This document shows positions 34,905 to 42,507 of a DNA stretch of 64,000 bases, piece after piece. Each line of letters starts with the position of its first letter. The first letter of the stretch is position 1. This stretch comes from a bacterium (GTDB taxonomy: Bacteria > Auribacterota > UBA3054). The notes beneath the pieces are model-generated. The model searched no databases. It saw only the letters and a list, made by a program, of their open reading frames with translations, and had not been told where the DNA came from. The stretch lies in contig JAFZXZ010000032.1 in NCBI GenBank assembly GCA_017616555.1, forward strand, positions 41,099 to 105,098. Direction: 5' to 3'. The position numbers and the translations under genes were made by a program.

Positions 34905-36344
34905 ATGCCGTCCCTGATCTGCCTTACCATAACTGCCAAAACGCTCACGGAAGCGCAGAGGATAGCCGATGCCAACGCACCTTTTGTTGACCTAATTGAG
35001 CTAAGGGCGGATCATTTATCGAAAAACGAATATGCTTCCATAAAAGATTTTCCCAAGCAAGTAAAAAAGCCCTGCATCCTGACAGTCCGCAGAAAAAATG
35101 ACGGCGGAGCGTTCGAGGGCAGCGAAACGGAAAGGTTAGAGCTTCTTGAAAACTTAAGCGCTTTCGCCTATGTGGACCTGGAATCCGATCTCTCCGTTCC
35201 TGAACTTGAAGCTCTGGCCCATAAAAGCGGAGTAAGGATCATCAGAAGCGCCCATTACTTTGATCCTCAGGAAGCGGAGATCGTAAAAACCATCGACACC
35301 ATTTCCAGAAGCGAAAGCGAGATTCCCAAGATCGCTTTCCTTCCCAAGGACCTTACAACTGTTGCCAACATCTTCATGCTTTCCAAAGAGCTCAAGACAA
35401 AGGACAGGATCATCTGCGTCATGGGAAAACTTGGCGGCGTATCGAGAATTCTGGCTGACAGGCTCGGCTCATTTCTTACTTTCACTTCCCCCAAGGAACT
35501 TCTCAAAAACACTTCCGCCATCGGCCACATTGATCCCGAAACGCTGCTCGACGTTTACGATTTCAAGAACATCAATAACAACACCGCTCTCTGCGGCGTG
35601 ACCGGATTTCCCTTGAACGTCACCTCCAGTCCGGAAGTGCACAGAAGTTTTTACAAAGAGGAAAACCGCAACGCCGTCATGCTTCCCGTTCCGGCGGAAA
35701 ATATAAAAGAGGCGCTAATTTTTGCCGAGGCCTTAAAATTCAAAGGCCTGGCCGTCACCATTCCCCACAAGGAAACGCTCCTCAACTATCTTGACGAAGC
35801 GGACGAAGCGGTCAAAGAGATCGGCGCCGCCAACACGGTGGTTTTCAAAGAAGGCAAGAGGATCGGTCACAACACCGACTGGATCGGCTTTACAAAAGCG
35901 CTGAAGCATTTCCTCAAGACCGACAGCATAGAAGGGAAGCGCGTGGCCGTCCTTGGTTCCGGCGGCGCCGCCAAAGCCATCGCCTACGCTCTGCATAAAG
36001 AAAAAGCAGTGGCGACTATCTTTGCCAGGAATGTTGAGAAAGCCAAAGCTATAGCGGACAAATATGGCTTTACTTTCGCAAAACTAACAGACCTCACAAG
36101 CGACTTTGATCCCGACATCATCGTACAGTGCACTTCTGTTGGTTTGCAAGGTCAAAGCGAAACGGAAAACGATCCTATCCCACAGTATGAATTCACTGGC
36201 AAAGAAGCTCTTTACGATATCATCTACAAACCGGAAGTCACTCCCATTATGGCGCGCGCCAATAATAAGGGCTGTCTTACGGAAAACGGCTTCAGCATGC
36301 TCATAGAGCAGGCCAGGGAACAGAACAGACTTTTCTTCACATAA
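34905..36344 (+). CDS. aroD/aroE: Fused 3-dehydroquinate dehydratase (type I) / shikimate 5-dehydrogenase
   Basis: The N-terminal half is type I DHQase-like (LIELRADHL.., ILTVRRKNDGG, IPKIAF). The C-terminal half is AroE: VTIPHKE, GAANTV, HNTDWIGF, VLGSGGAAKAIAYAL. Confidence 0.85.
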   Translation: MPSLICLTITAKTLTEAQRIADANAPFVDLIELRADHLSKNEYASIKDFPKQVKKPCILTVRRKNDGGAFEGSETERLELLENLSAFAYVDLESDLSVPELEALAHKSGVRIIRSAHYFDPQEAEIVKTIDTISRSESEIPKIAFLPKDLTTVANIFMLSKELKTKDRIICVMGKLGGVSRILADRLGSFLTFTSPKELLKNTSAIGHIDPETLLDVYDFKNINNNTALCGVTGFPLNVTSSPEVHRSFYKEENRNAVMLPVPAENIKEALIFAEALKFKGLAVTIPHKETLLNYLDEADEAVKEIGAANTVVFKEGKRIGHNTDWIGFTKALKHFLKTDSIEGKRVAVLGSGGAAKAIAYALHKEKAVATIFARNVEKAKAIADKYGFTFAKLTDLTSDFDPDIIVQCTSVGLQGQSETENDPIPQYEFTGKEALYDIIYKPEVTPIMARANNKGCLTENGFSMLIEQAREQNRLFFT

Positions 36345-36362
36345 AAACCACCGATCACGTTT

Positions 36363-37379
36363 ATGTCCTCCACTTACGGCAAAAATCTTAAAGTGACGCT
36401 TTTCGGCGAATCCCATGGGCCTGCCATCGGCTGCGTTCTGGACGGCTTTCCCGCTAACTTCACACCCGACCTGGAAAAAGTCAAAGCCTTCATGGCAAGA
36501 AGGGCTCCCGGCTCTCAGCCAGGCTCCACCCAAAGATGTGAATCCGACGCTTTCGAGATCCTCTCAGGCCTCTTCAACGAGAAGACGTGCGGCACGCCTA
36601 TCACGGCTGTCATCAAAAACAGCGACGCTCATTCCAAGGATTACTCCAAATTGAGCGACCTTATGAGGCCCGGTCACGCCGATTACCCCATGAACGTCAA
36701 GACGGAAGGCGCCAACGACTATCGCGGCGGCGGACACTCTTCCGGCCGCATCATGGCCCCGGCTTGTTTCGCGGGAGCGTTGGCTATCCAGTACCTTGAA
36801 AGCAAAGGCATAAAAATAAAAGGCAGGATCGTTTCCATCGGCGCTCAAAAGAACGAGCCAAACGCAAATGATATTTTAAGCCCGGAAGCCAAGGCCGTGA
36901 TCGAAGCAGCCAGAGCGGAAGGGGACAGCGTGGGCGGCGTAATTGAGTGCGAGATAATGGGACTGCCTGTAGGCCTTGGCGAACCGATTTTCGAGGGAGT
37001 TGAGAACAGAATAGCCCAGGCTGTCTTCGGTATTCCGGCGGTCAAAGGAATTGAATTCGGCAGCGGTTTTTCCAGCACTACCTTAAAAGGCTCAGAAAAC
37101 AACGACGCTTTCACCGTTAAAGACGGAAAGATAGAAACGGCAACTAACAATCACGGCGGCTCTCTAGGCGGTATGACCAGCGGCATGCCAATTGTTTTCC
37201 GCGCAGCAGTGAAGCCTACGCCTTCCATCTCTAAGCCACAAAAAAGCGTTTCGCTTTCCAAGCAGACGGAGGAAGAACTTGTTATTGAAGGCCGCCATGA
37301 CGCCTGCATCGTTCCCAGAGCGCTTCCCGTAGTGGAAGCCATGGCCGCTATCGCCGCACTCGACCTGCTTCTTGATTGA
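36363..37379 (+). CDS. aroC: Chorismate synthase
   Basis: TLFGESHGPAIGCVLDG, MARRAPG, RPGHADY, GGGHSSGR, GDSVGGVIEC, GGSLGGMTSGMPIVFRAAVKPTPSI, GRHDACIVPRA. Confidence 0.92.
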   Translation: MSSTYGKNLKVTLFGESHGPAIGCVLDGFPANFTPDLEKVKAFMARRAPGSQPGSTQRCESDAFEILSGLFNEKTCGTPITAVIKNSDAHSKDYSKLSDLMRPGHADYPMNVKTEGANDYRGGGHSSGRIMAPACFAGALAIQYLESKGIKIKGRIVSIGAQKNEPNANDILSPEAKAVIEAARAEGDSVGGVIECEIMGLPVGLGEPIFEGVENRIAQAVFGIPAVKGIEFGSGFSSTTLKGSENNDAFTVKDGKIETATNNHGGSLGGMTSGMPIVFRAAVKPTPSISKPQKSVSLSKQTEEELVIEGRHDACIVPRALPVVEAMAAIAALDLLLD

Positions 37380-38467
37380 TCATGTCTCTTACGCTTCCAA
37401 CAGGCAAAAGAAAAGGCTCCATCACGCCGCCTTTTTCCAAATCCCACCTTCACCGTCTTTTGATAGCGGACTTCCTAGGCGGGAACTTCCAGCGTCTGGC
37501 TCTCAGCCAGACGGATCCGGAAGATATTGCCGCCACCAAGCGCTGCCTCCTTGCCCTGAAGGAAGACGATCTGAAACCAACTCTGGACTGCGGTGAATCC
37601 GGCTCCACCTTGCGCTTTTTGAAGCCTGTCGCAGCCGCCCTGGGTAAGAACCCCACCTATGTCACGAAAGGCCGTCTTTCGAAGCGCCCGGGGATCGATT
37701 ACGAAAAACTTGAGCCTGGCCTTTTCGAACTTCCAGGCAACGTCTCCTCGCAGTTCGCCACAGGGCTTCTTTTTGCCCTGCCTCTTCTCAACAAAGATTC
37801 TGAGATTAGATTCACCACGCCTTTGGAATCCAGAGGCTACGTTGACCTCACATTGCAAGTCTTAAAAGACAGCAATATCAAGATAGAGGAAACAGAAACC
37901 GGCTTCCTCGTTCCCGGCAACCAGACTTACATCGCGCCCGTAAACATCGAGCCTGAACGCGACTGGTCCGGCGCCTCCTTCTTCCTTACTATGAACTATC
38001 TCGGCTCCGAGATAGAGATCAAGGGTCTCAACAACGCTTCTCTTCAGCCCGACCGAGCCATTGCAAGTCTGCTCAACAACATTGGCAAAACCATCGACGT
38101 CTCCCAGTGCCCGGATATTTTCCCGCCTCTGGCTGTGGCCGCCGCCGGCACCGGTGCCAAAACGACTTTCATCGGCATAAAAAGACTAAGGCTAAAAGAA
38201 TCCGACCGTGTCGCCACCACCCAAGCGCTTCTCAAAACAATCGGCATCAACTGCCAAATAACAGAAGACGCTTTTACCGTGGAAGGCACGGACAAGCCCT
38301 TCCAAGTCAAAGAGGAAATAAAGACTTTCGGCGACCACCGTATCGCTATGTCCGCCGCCGCAGTCGCCACCAACGCCCAAAGCCCAATCATCATTGACAA
38401 CCCATCCTGCTGCGCCAAATCCTACCCCTCATTCTTCGAGGACTTCCTCGCTTTGACGCACATTTAA
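37376..38467 (+). CDS. aroA: 3-phosphoshikimate 1-carboxyvinyltransferase (EPSP synthase), unusually compact (~360 aa)
   Basis: PFSKSHLHRLLI (cf. PGSKS..R), CGESGSTLRFL (cf. LGNAGTAMR), GNVSSQFATGLLFALPL, ESRGYVDLTL, LRLKESDR, FGDHRIAMSAA, CCAKSYPSFFEDF. Starts at TTG 37376, overlapping the aroC stop, or at ATG 37382. Confidence 0.85.
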   Translation: MIMSLTLPTGKRKGSITPPFSKSHLHRLLIADFLGGNFQRLALSQTDPEDIAATKRCLLALKEDDLKPTLDCGESGSTLRFLKPVAAALGKNPTYVTKGRLSKRPGIDYEKLEPGLFELPGNVSSQFATGLLFALPLLNKDSEIRFTTPLESRGYVDLTLQVLKDSNIKIEETETGFLVPGNQTYIAPVNIEPERDWSGASFFLTMNYLGSEIEIKGLNNASLQPDRAIASLLNNIGKTIDVSQCPDIFPPLAVAAAGTGAKTTFIGIKRLRLKESDRVATTQALLKTIGINCQITEDAFTVEGTDKPFQVKEEIKTFGDHRIAMSAAAVATNAQSPIIIDNPSCCAKSYPSFFEDFLALTHI

Positions 38468-38508
38468 TACCGTTGTTAAAAACCTACCGAATTCGGTTGG
38501 GTTAAAAA

Positions 38509-38532
38509 GGGGTCGAAATCGCCCCTGTTTTT
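38509..38532 (+). terminator. Rho-independent terminator after aroA
   Basis: ggggtcg aaat cgcccc, followed by tgttttt. Confidence 0.6.
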
Positions 38533-38580
38533 AGTATTCGTGGCGGAATAATGGTCGGTTGGAGGATAATGCGCTGGCTA

Positions 38581-38589
38581 TGGTATAAT
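38581..38589 (+). promoter_or_regulatory. Putative extended -10 promoter element (TGgTATAAT) upstream of lipA
   Basis: tggtataat at 38581-38589, 35 nt upstream of the lipA ATG. I see no good -35 element. Confidence 0.35.
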
Positions 38590-38623
38590 AAAAAATACTG
38601 TGTAAATATATGCATTTTTTATT

Positions 38624-39472
38624 ATGCCGGAAAAACCAAGGATAAAGGTGCCGACTAGGGCGGAGCGCGAGAAAGTCAGGTCTCTCATAGAGGGGCTCGG
38701 GCTTAACACCGTCTGCAAAGAGGCGGCCTGTCCCAATATTTGGGAATGTTTCCAGAATCACACGGCGACTTTTATGATAATGGGGGACGTCTGCACCAGG
38801 AACTGCCGTTTTTGCAATGTGAAGACTGGGCGCCCCGCGCCGCTTGACCCGGAAGAGCCGGCGCGTTTGGCGTCGGCGATAAAGGAGCTTGGCTTGCGTT
38901 ATGCAGTCATTACCTGCGTGACGAGAGACGATCTGCCGGACGGGGGAGCGGAGCATTTCGTAAAGACGATAGAGGCGATCAAATCTGTGTCAAGTGAGAC
39001 GAAGGTGGAGGTCCTGACTTCGGATTTTGCCGGGAACAGTTCCGCTTTGGAAAAAGTTTTGGCAGCTGGTCCGGCGGTCTTCAACCATAATTTGGAAACG
39101 GTCAGGAGGCTGACGCCTGTTCTGAGGACCAAGGCGACGTATCTGCGGTCGCTGGCAGTATTGAATTATGCTTCCCGGATGTTCCCAGGTATTCCTGTGA
39201 AAAGCGGGATCATGATCGGCTGCGGCGAAACGATGGAGGAGATCAGGGAGGCTATTCGCGACCTGAGAGCCGCTGGCTGCTCCATCCTGACGGTGGGCCA
39301 GTACCTGGCGCCGGATGATTTGTGCCATCCTGTCGAGAAATATTATTCCGAAGCGGAATTCGCGGAAATAAAAGCTTATGCTCTGAGCTTGGGCTTTGTT
39401 GGCGCGGCCTGCGGGCCGCTTGTTAGAAGCTCGTACAGGGCGGGCGAAATGGCGGAGAAGATGAATGGCTGA
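38624..39472 (+). CDS. lipA: Lipoyl synthase
   Basis: CKEAACPNIWEC auxiliary cluster motif, radical-SAM CTRNCRFC, and an SSYRA-type C-terminus. Confidence 0.92.
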   Translation: MPEKPRIKVPTRAEREKVRSLIEGLGLNTVCKEAACPNIWECFQNHTATFMIMGDVCTRNCRFCNVKTGRPAPLDPEEPARLASAIKELGLRYAVITCVTRDDLPDGGAEHFVKTIEAIKSVSSETKVEVLTSDFAGNSSALEKVLAAGPAVFNHNLETVRRLTPVLRTKATYLRSLAVLNYASRMFPGIPVKSGIMIGCGETMEEIREAIRDLRAAGCSILTVGQYLAPDDLCHPVEKYYSEAEFAEIKAYALSLGFVGAACGPLVRSSYRAGEMAEKMNG

Positions 39473-40952
39473 TTTTTCCGCACAACTTAAAGCGCCCGTT
39501 TACGTCTGTCTTCTGACTTACGGCTGCCAGATGAATATTCTGGACAGTCAGATTCTTTCTGGGAATCTTACGCGCCAGGGTTTTGTCGTTACTGAGGACG
39601 AGACTGCTGCGGATGTGGTTTTGTTCATTACCTGCAGCGTGAGAGATCTGGCGGAAAGGAAAGTTTTGGGCAAAGCCGGGAAACTGAACGTCAAGAGAAA
39701 CCGCAGGCCGGAAGTCGTATTGGGCGTTACTGGCTGCATGGCGGAACTGAAAGGGGAAGCGCTGCTGGGCGGGAAAAACGTTTTCGATTTCGTGGCCGGA
39801 ACGCACAAGCGCCATCTTATCCCGGAATTGATATTGCGCGCTTTGTGCAAAAGAGTGGCCGCGGCGGAAGTGACGTCCGTCAACGCAGAGCATTTGGAGA
39901 GGCTTGGCGTCGCGCTTGAGCCTTACATGGAGGAATGCGCGCCGACTGAAGGGAAGCTTTTCGCCGTGGGTAGAGATGATACTGAAGCCGGTCTTGATGA
40001 ACTGGAGGCCATGCGCCCCAGGCCCTGGCAGGCTTTCGTGGAAATTATGAGAGGCTGCAGCAATTTCTGCTCCTACTGCGTTGTGCCTTACGCCAGAGGT
40101 CCGGAAGTCAGCCGGCCGGTGGATGAAATACTTCGGGAACTGGAGACCTTGGCGGCGAGCGGCTGCGTGGAGGTGACGTTGCTGGGCCAGAACGTCAATT
40201 CCTACGGAAAGGATCTGCCAAAGGGGAGCATGGGTTTTCCGGAACTTCTTGCTGCTGCGGCGAAGGTAGAAGGCTTGAAATGGCTGAGATTCGTCACGTC
40301 CAATCCGCAGGACATATCCGACGAACTTATCGCGTTGATGGCTTCGGAAAAGAAGATCTGCCGATATCTGCATTTCCCGCTGCAGTCCGGGTCGAACCGC
40401 ATCCTGAAAATGATGAACAGGAAGTACACCCTGGAACAGTATTTGGAGAAGGTTGGAAAGCTCAGGGCCGCCATGCCCGACCTTTGGCTGGCGGGGGATC
40501 TGATCGTCGGTTTCCCAGGGGAGACGCTGGAGGACTTCCAGGCGACTCTTGATGCGGTCGAAAAAATAGATTACGCCAACAATTTCCTCTTCAAGTACAG
40601 CGAGCGTCCGGGAACGGCTGCGGCTAGATTGAAAGACGACGTTCCGCTGGAGGAAAAGAAGAGACGCCATGCAGAGCTTATGGCTCTGCAGGGAAGGTTG
40701 ACGCACGAGCATTTAAAAAGTTTGGTGGGTACTACCCAGACAGTTTTGGTCGAGGGTCATAGTAAACGCAACCGGGCGGTGCTGCAAGGCAGAACTACCC
40801 ATTACGCGAACGTGGTGTTCGAGGGAGATCCTAAGCTTATCGGAAAGTTCGTTTCCGTTAAGATGGAGTCCGCGACGCCTTTGACGCTTTATGGCAGTTG
40901 TGAGCGTTTGCCCGGAGATGAGGAATTAACCAATGAAAAGGAGAGCGGCTGA
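39465..40952 (+). CDS. miaB: tRNA-i6A37 methylthiotransferase
   Basis: UPF0004 domain TYGCQMNILDS, radical-SAM CSNFCSYCVVP, and a TRAM domain at the C-terminus. The 8-nt overlap with lipA suggests translational coupling. Confidence 0.88.
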   Translation: MADFSAQLKAPVYVCLLTYGCQMNILDSQILSGNLTRQGFVVTEDETAADVVLFITCSVRDLAERKVLGKAGKLNVKRNRRPEVVLGVTGCMAELKGEALLGGKNVFDFVAGTHKRHLIPELILRALCKRVAAAEVTSVNAEHLERLGVALEPYMEECAPTEGKLFAVGRDDTEAGLDELEAMRPRPWQAFVEIMRGCSNFCSYCVVPYARGPEVSRPVDEILRELETLAASGCVEVTLLGQNVNSYGKDLPKGSMGFPELLAAAAKVEGLKWLRFVTSNPQDISDELIALMASEKKICRYLHFPLQSGSNRILKMMNRKYTLEQYLEKVGKLRAAMPDLWLAGDLIVGFPGETLEDFQATLDAVEKIDYANNFLFKYSERPGTAAARLKDDVPLEEKKRRHAELMALQGRLTHEHLKSLVGTTQTVLVEGHSKRNRAVLQGRTTHYANVVFEGDPKLIGKFVSVKMESATPLTLYGSCERLPGDEELTNEKESG

Positions 40953-41628
40953 TCTTGAAGCGAACGGGGCGGAACTGATGCCCCGGGAAAAATTAATGAA
41001 GTACGGCATCGAGGAATTGAATCTTCCCGAACTTCTGGCCCTGGTCTTGGGAACCGGCTACGGAGGAAAAAACGTCATGCAATTGAGCAACGAGATCGTA
41101 ATGGATTACGGTGCGGCGGGACTGAAAGATTTAAAGGAGATCAATTCCCTGAGGGAAGTGACCGGGATGCCTTTCGTAAAGAGCGCTATGCTTTTAGCTA
41201 GCCTTGAACTGGGCAGGCGCCTTTGCGGGAGGGCTGACGACGAGGAGATGATCCGCGTTACTCAGCCGGGCGACGTCTATCCTCTGACCAGGGACATGTG
41301 GGACTTGGAGCAGGAGCAGCTGAGGGGAATATACCTTAACACTGCTTCGAAGGTGATAGGCACGAAGGTCCTGACGGTCGGTACGGCGCGGCAGAGCCTT
41401 TCGGATCCGGCGACTGTCTTCCGGCCGGCCTTGAAGATGGGAGCCAGCTCGGTTATTTTGGCGCACAACCATCCTTCCGGAGAGACCGTGCCGAGCAAGG
41501 CTGACGTGGCGGTGACAGAGGAGATCGCCTCCGCAGGAAAGATACTTCACATTAAGCTGCTTGACCATTTGATAGTCACAAGGTCCGGCTACACATCGCT
41601 GTTGGGAGCCGGCTTACTGAAAAATTGA
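40933..41628 (+). CDS. radC: RadC-family JAB-domain protein
   Basis: PREKLMKYGIEELNLPELLALVLGTG (HhH-like N-terminus) and the JAMM motif ILAHNHPSGETVPSKAD. An alternative start is the second Met (MPRE, near 40978). Confidence 0.85.
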   Translation: MKRRAADLEANGAELMPREKLMKYGIEELNLPELLALVLGTGYGGKNVMQLSNEIVMDYGAAGLKDLKEINSLREVTGMPFVKSAMLLASLELGRRLCGRADDEEMIRVTQPGDVYPLTRDMWDLEQEQLRGIYLNTASKVIGTKVLTVGTARQSLSDPATVFRPALKMGASSVILAHNHPSGETVPSKADVAVTEEIASAGKILHIKLLDHLIVTRSGYTSLLGAGLLKN

Positions 41629-42506
41629 AAAACTATTTGAGAACAGAAAGAGCGAAAATTTTTGCCGGCGCGTTAGCGCTGGCGCTCTCTGCATTTTCTG
41701 TTTTCGGAGGAGAGATGGACAAGGGCGAAGCCTTTTATCTGCAGAAGCAGTACGGCAAGGCGGTGGAATGCTACCGCAAGGCCCTGGATGCGAAATTGAA
41801 CGACAACAACAGGGCGCTCTGCTGGTATATGGTCGGAAGATCGTACACGGCTCTCGACCGCTACGACGACGCCAAGATAAGCTTCATGAACATCGTGAAC
41901 CTCTACTCCAACACGGACTGGCTTCCGGAAGCCTACGTCGGGTTGGGGGACGTTGAATTTAAACGCAGGAAATATTCGGAAGCCTTGAAGCAGTACCGTA
42001 AGAGCCAGACCGAATCTTTCATGAAGCGCAGCGGCTCCAGAGTGCTTTTGAAGATCGCCAAGACGCAGAAGAATCTCGGCAATACGAAGGAAGCCCAGGA
42101 ATGTGAGAAGAAGATCTTAAAGGATTATCCGAGGAGTCTGGAAGCGCGGCTTTTGATGAAAGGAGGATCGTCTTCATCGACGAAGGTCGTCAAAGCCGAA
42201 AGCACCGGCTCTTCAAAGAGCACGGTCTCAACCAAGAGCAGCACCACTTCCCAGAGCAGCAGCAAAACGACGGCCAGCGCTCCGAAGACGAAATTCGCAG
42301 TGCAGGTCTCCTATACGCCGAAGCAGGATCTGGCCAACAATTACGCGGCCCAGCTGAAAAAGAAAGGCTACAAGGCCTACGTCAGGAAAGGCTCGAAAGG
42401 ATACTCGGTCCTGGTCGGCGACTACGCCACCAAGAGCGAAGCCCAGAGCGTCTGCGCGAAGCTGAGGAAATCGGAAAAGAACGACAGCTACGTCATCAGT
42501 TTGTAA
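41625..42506 (+). CDS. Secreted TPR + SPOR domain protein
   Basis: TTG start overlapping the radC stop. Signal-like N-terminus, TPR repeats, a Ser/Thr-rich linker, and a C-terminal SPOR domain (FAVQVSYTPKQDLANNYAAQLKKKGYKAYV..GYSVLVGDYATKSEAQSVCAKL). Confidence 0.75.
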   Translation: MKNYLRTERAKIFAGALALALSAFSVFGGEMDKGEAFYLQKQYGKAVECYRKALDAKLNDNNRALCWYMVGRSYTALDRYDDAKISFMNIVNLYSNTDWLPEAYVGLGDVEFKRRKYSEALKQYRKSQTESFMKRSGSRVLLKIAKTQKNLGNTKEAQECEKKILKDYPRSLEARLLMKGGSSSSTKVVKAESTGSSKSTVSTKSSTTSQSSSKTTASAPKTKFAVQVSYTPKQDLANNYAAQLKKKGYKAYVRKGSKGYSVLVGDYATKSEAQSVCAKLRKSEKNDSYVISL

Positions 42507-42507
42507 A

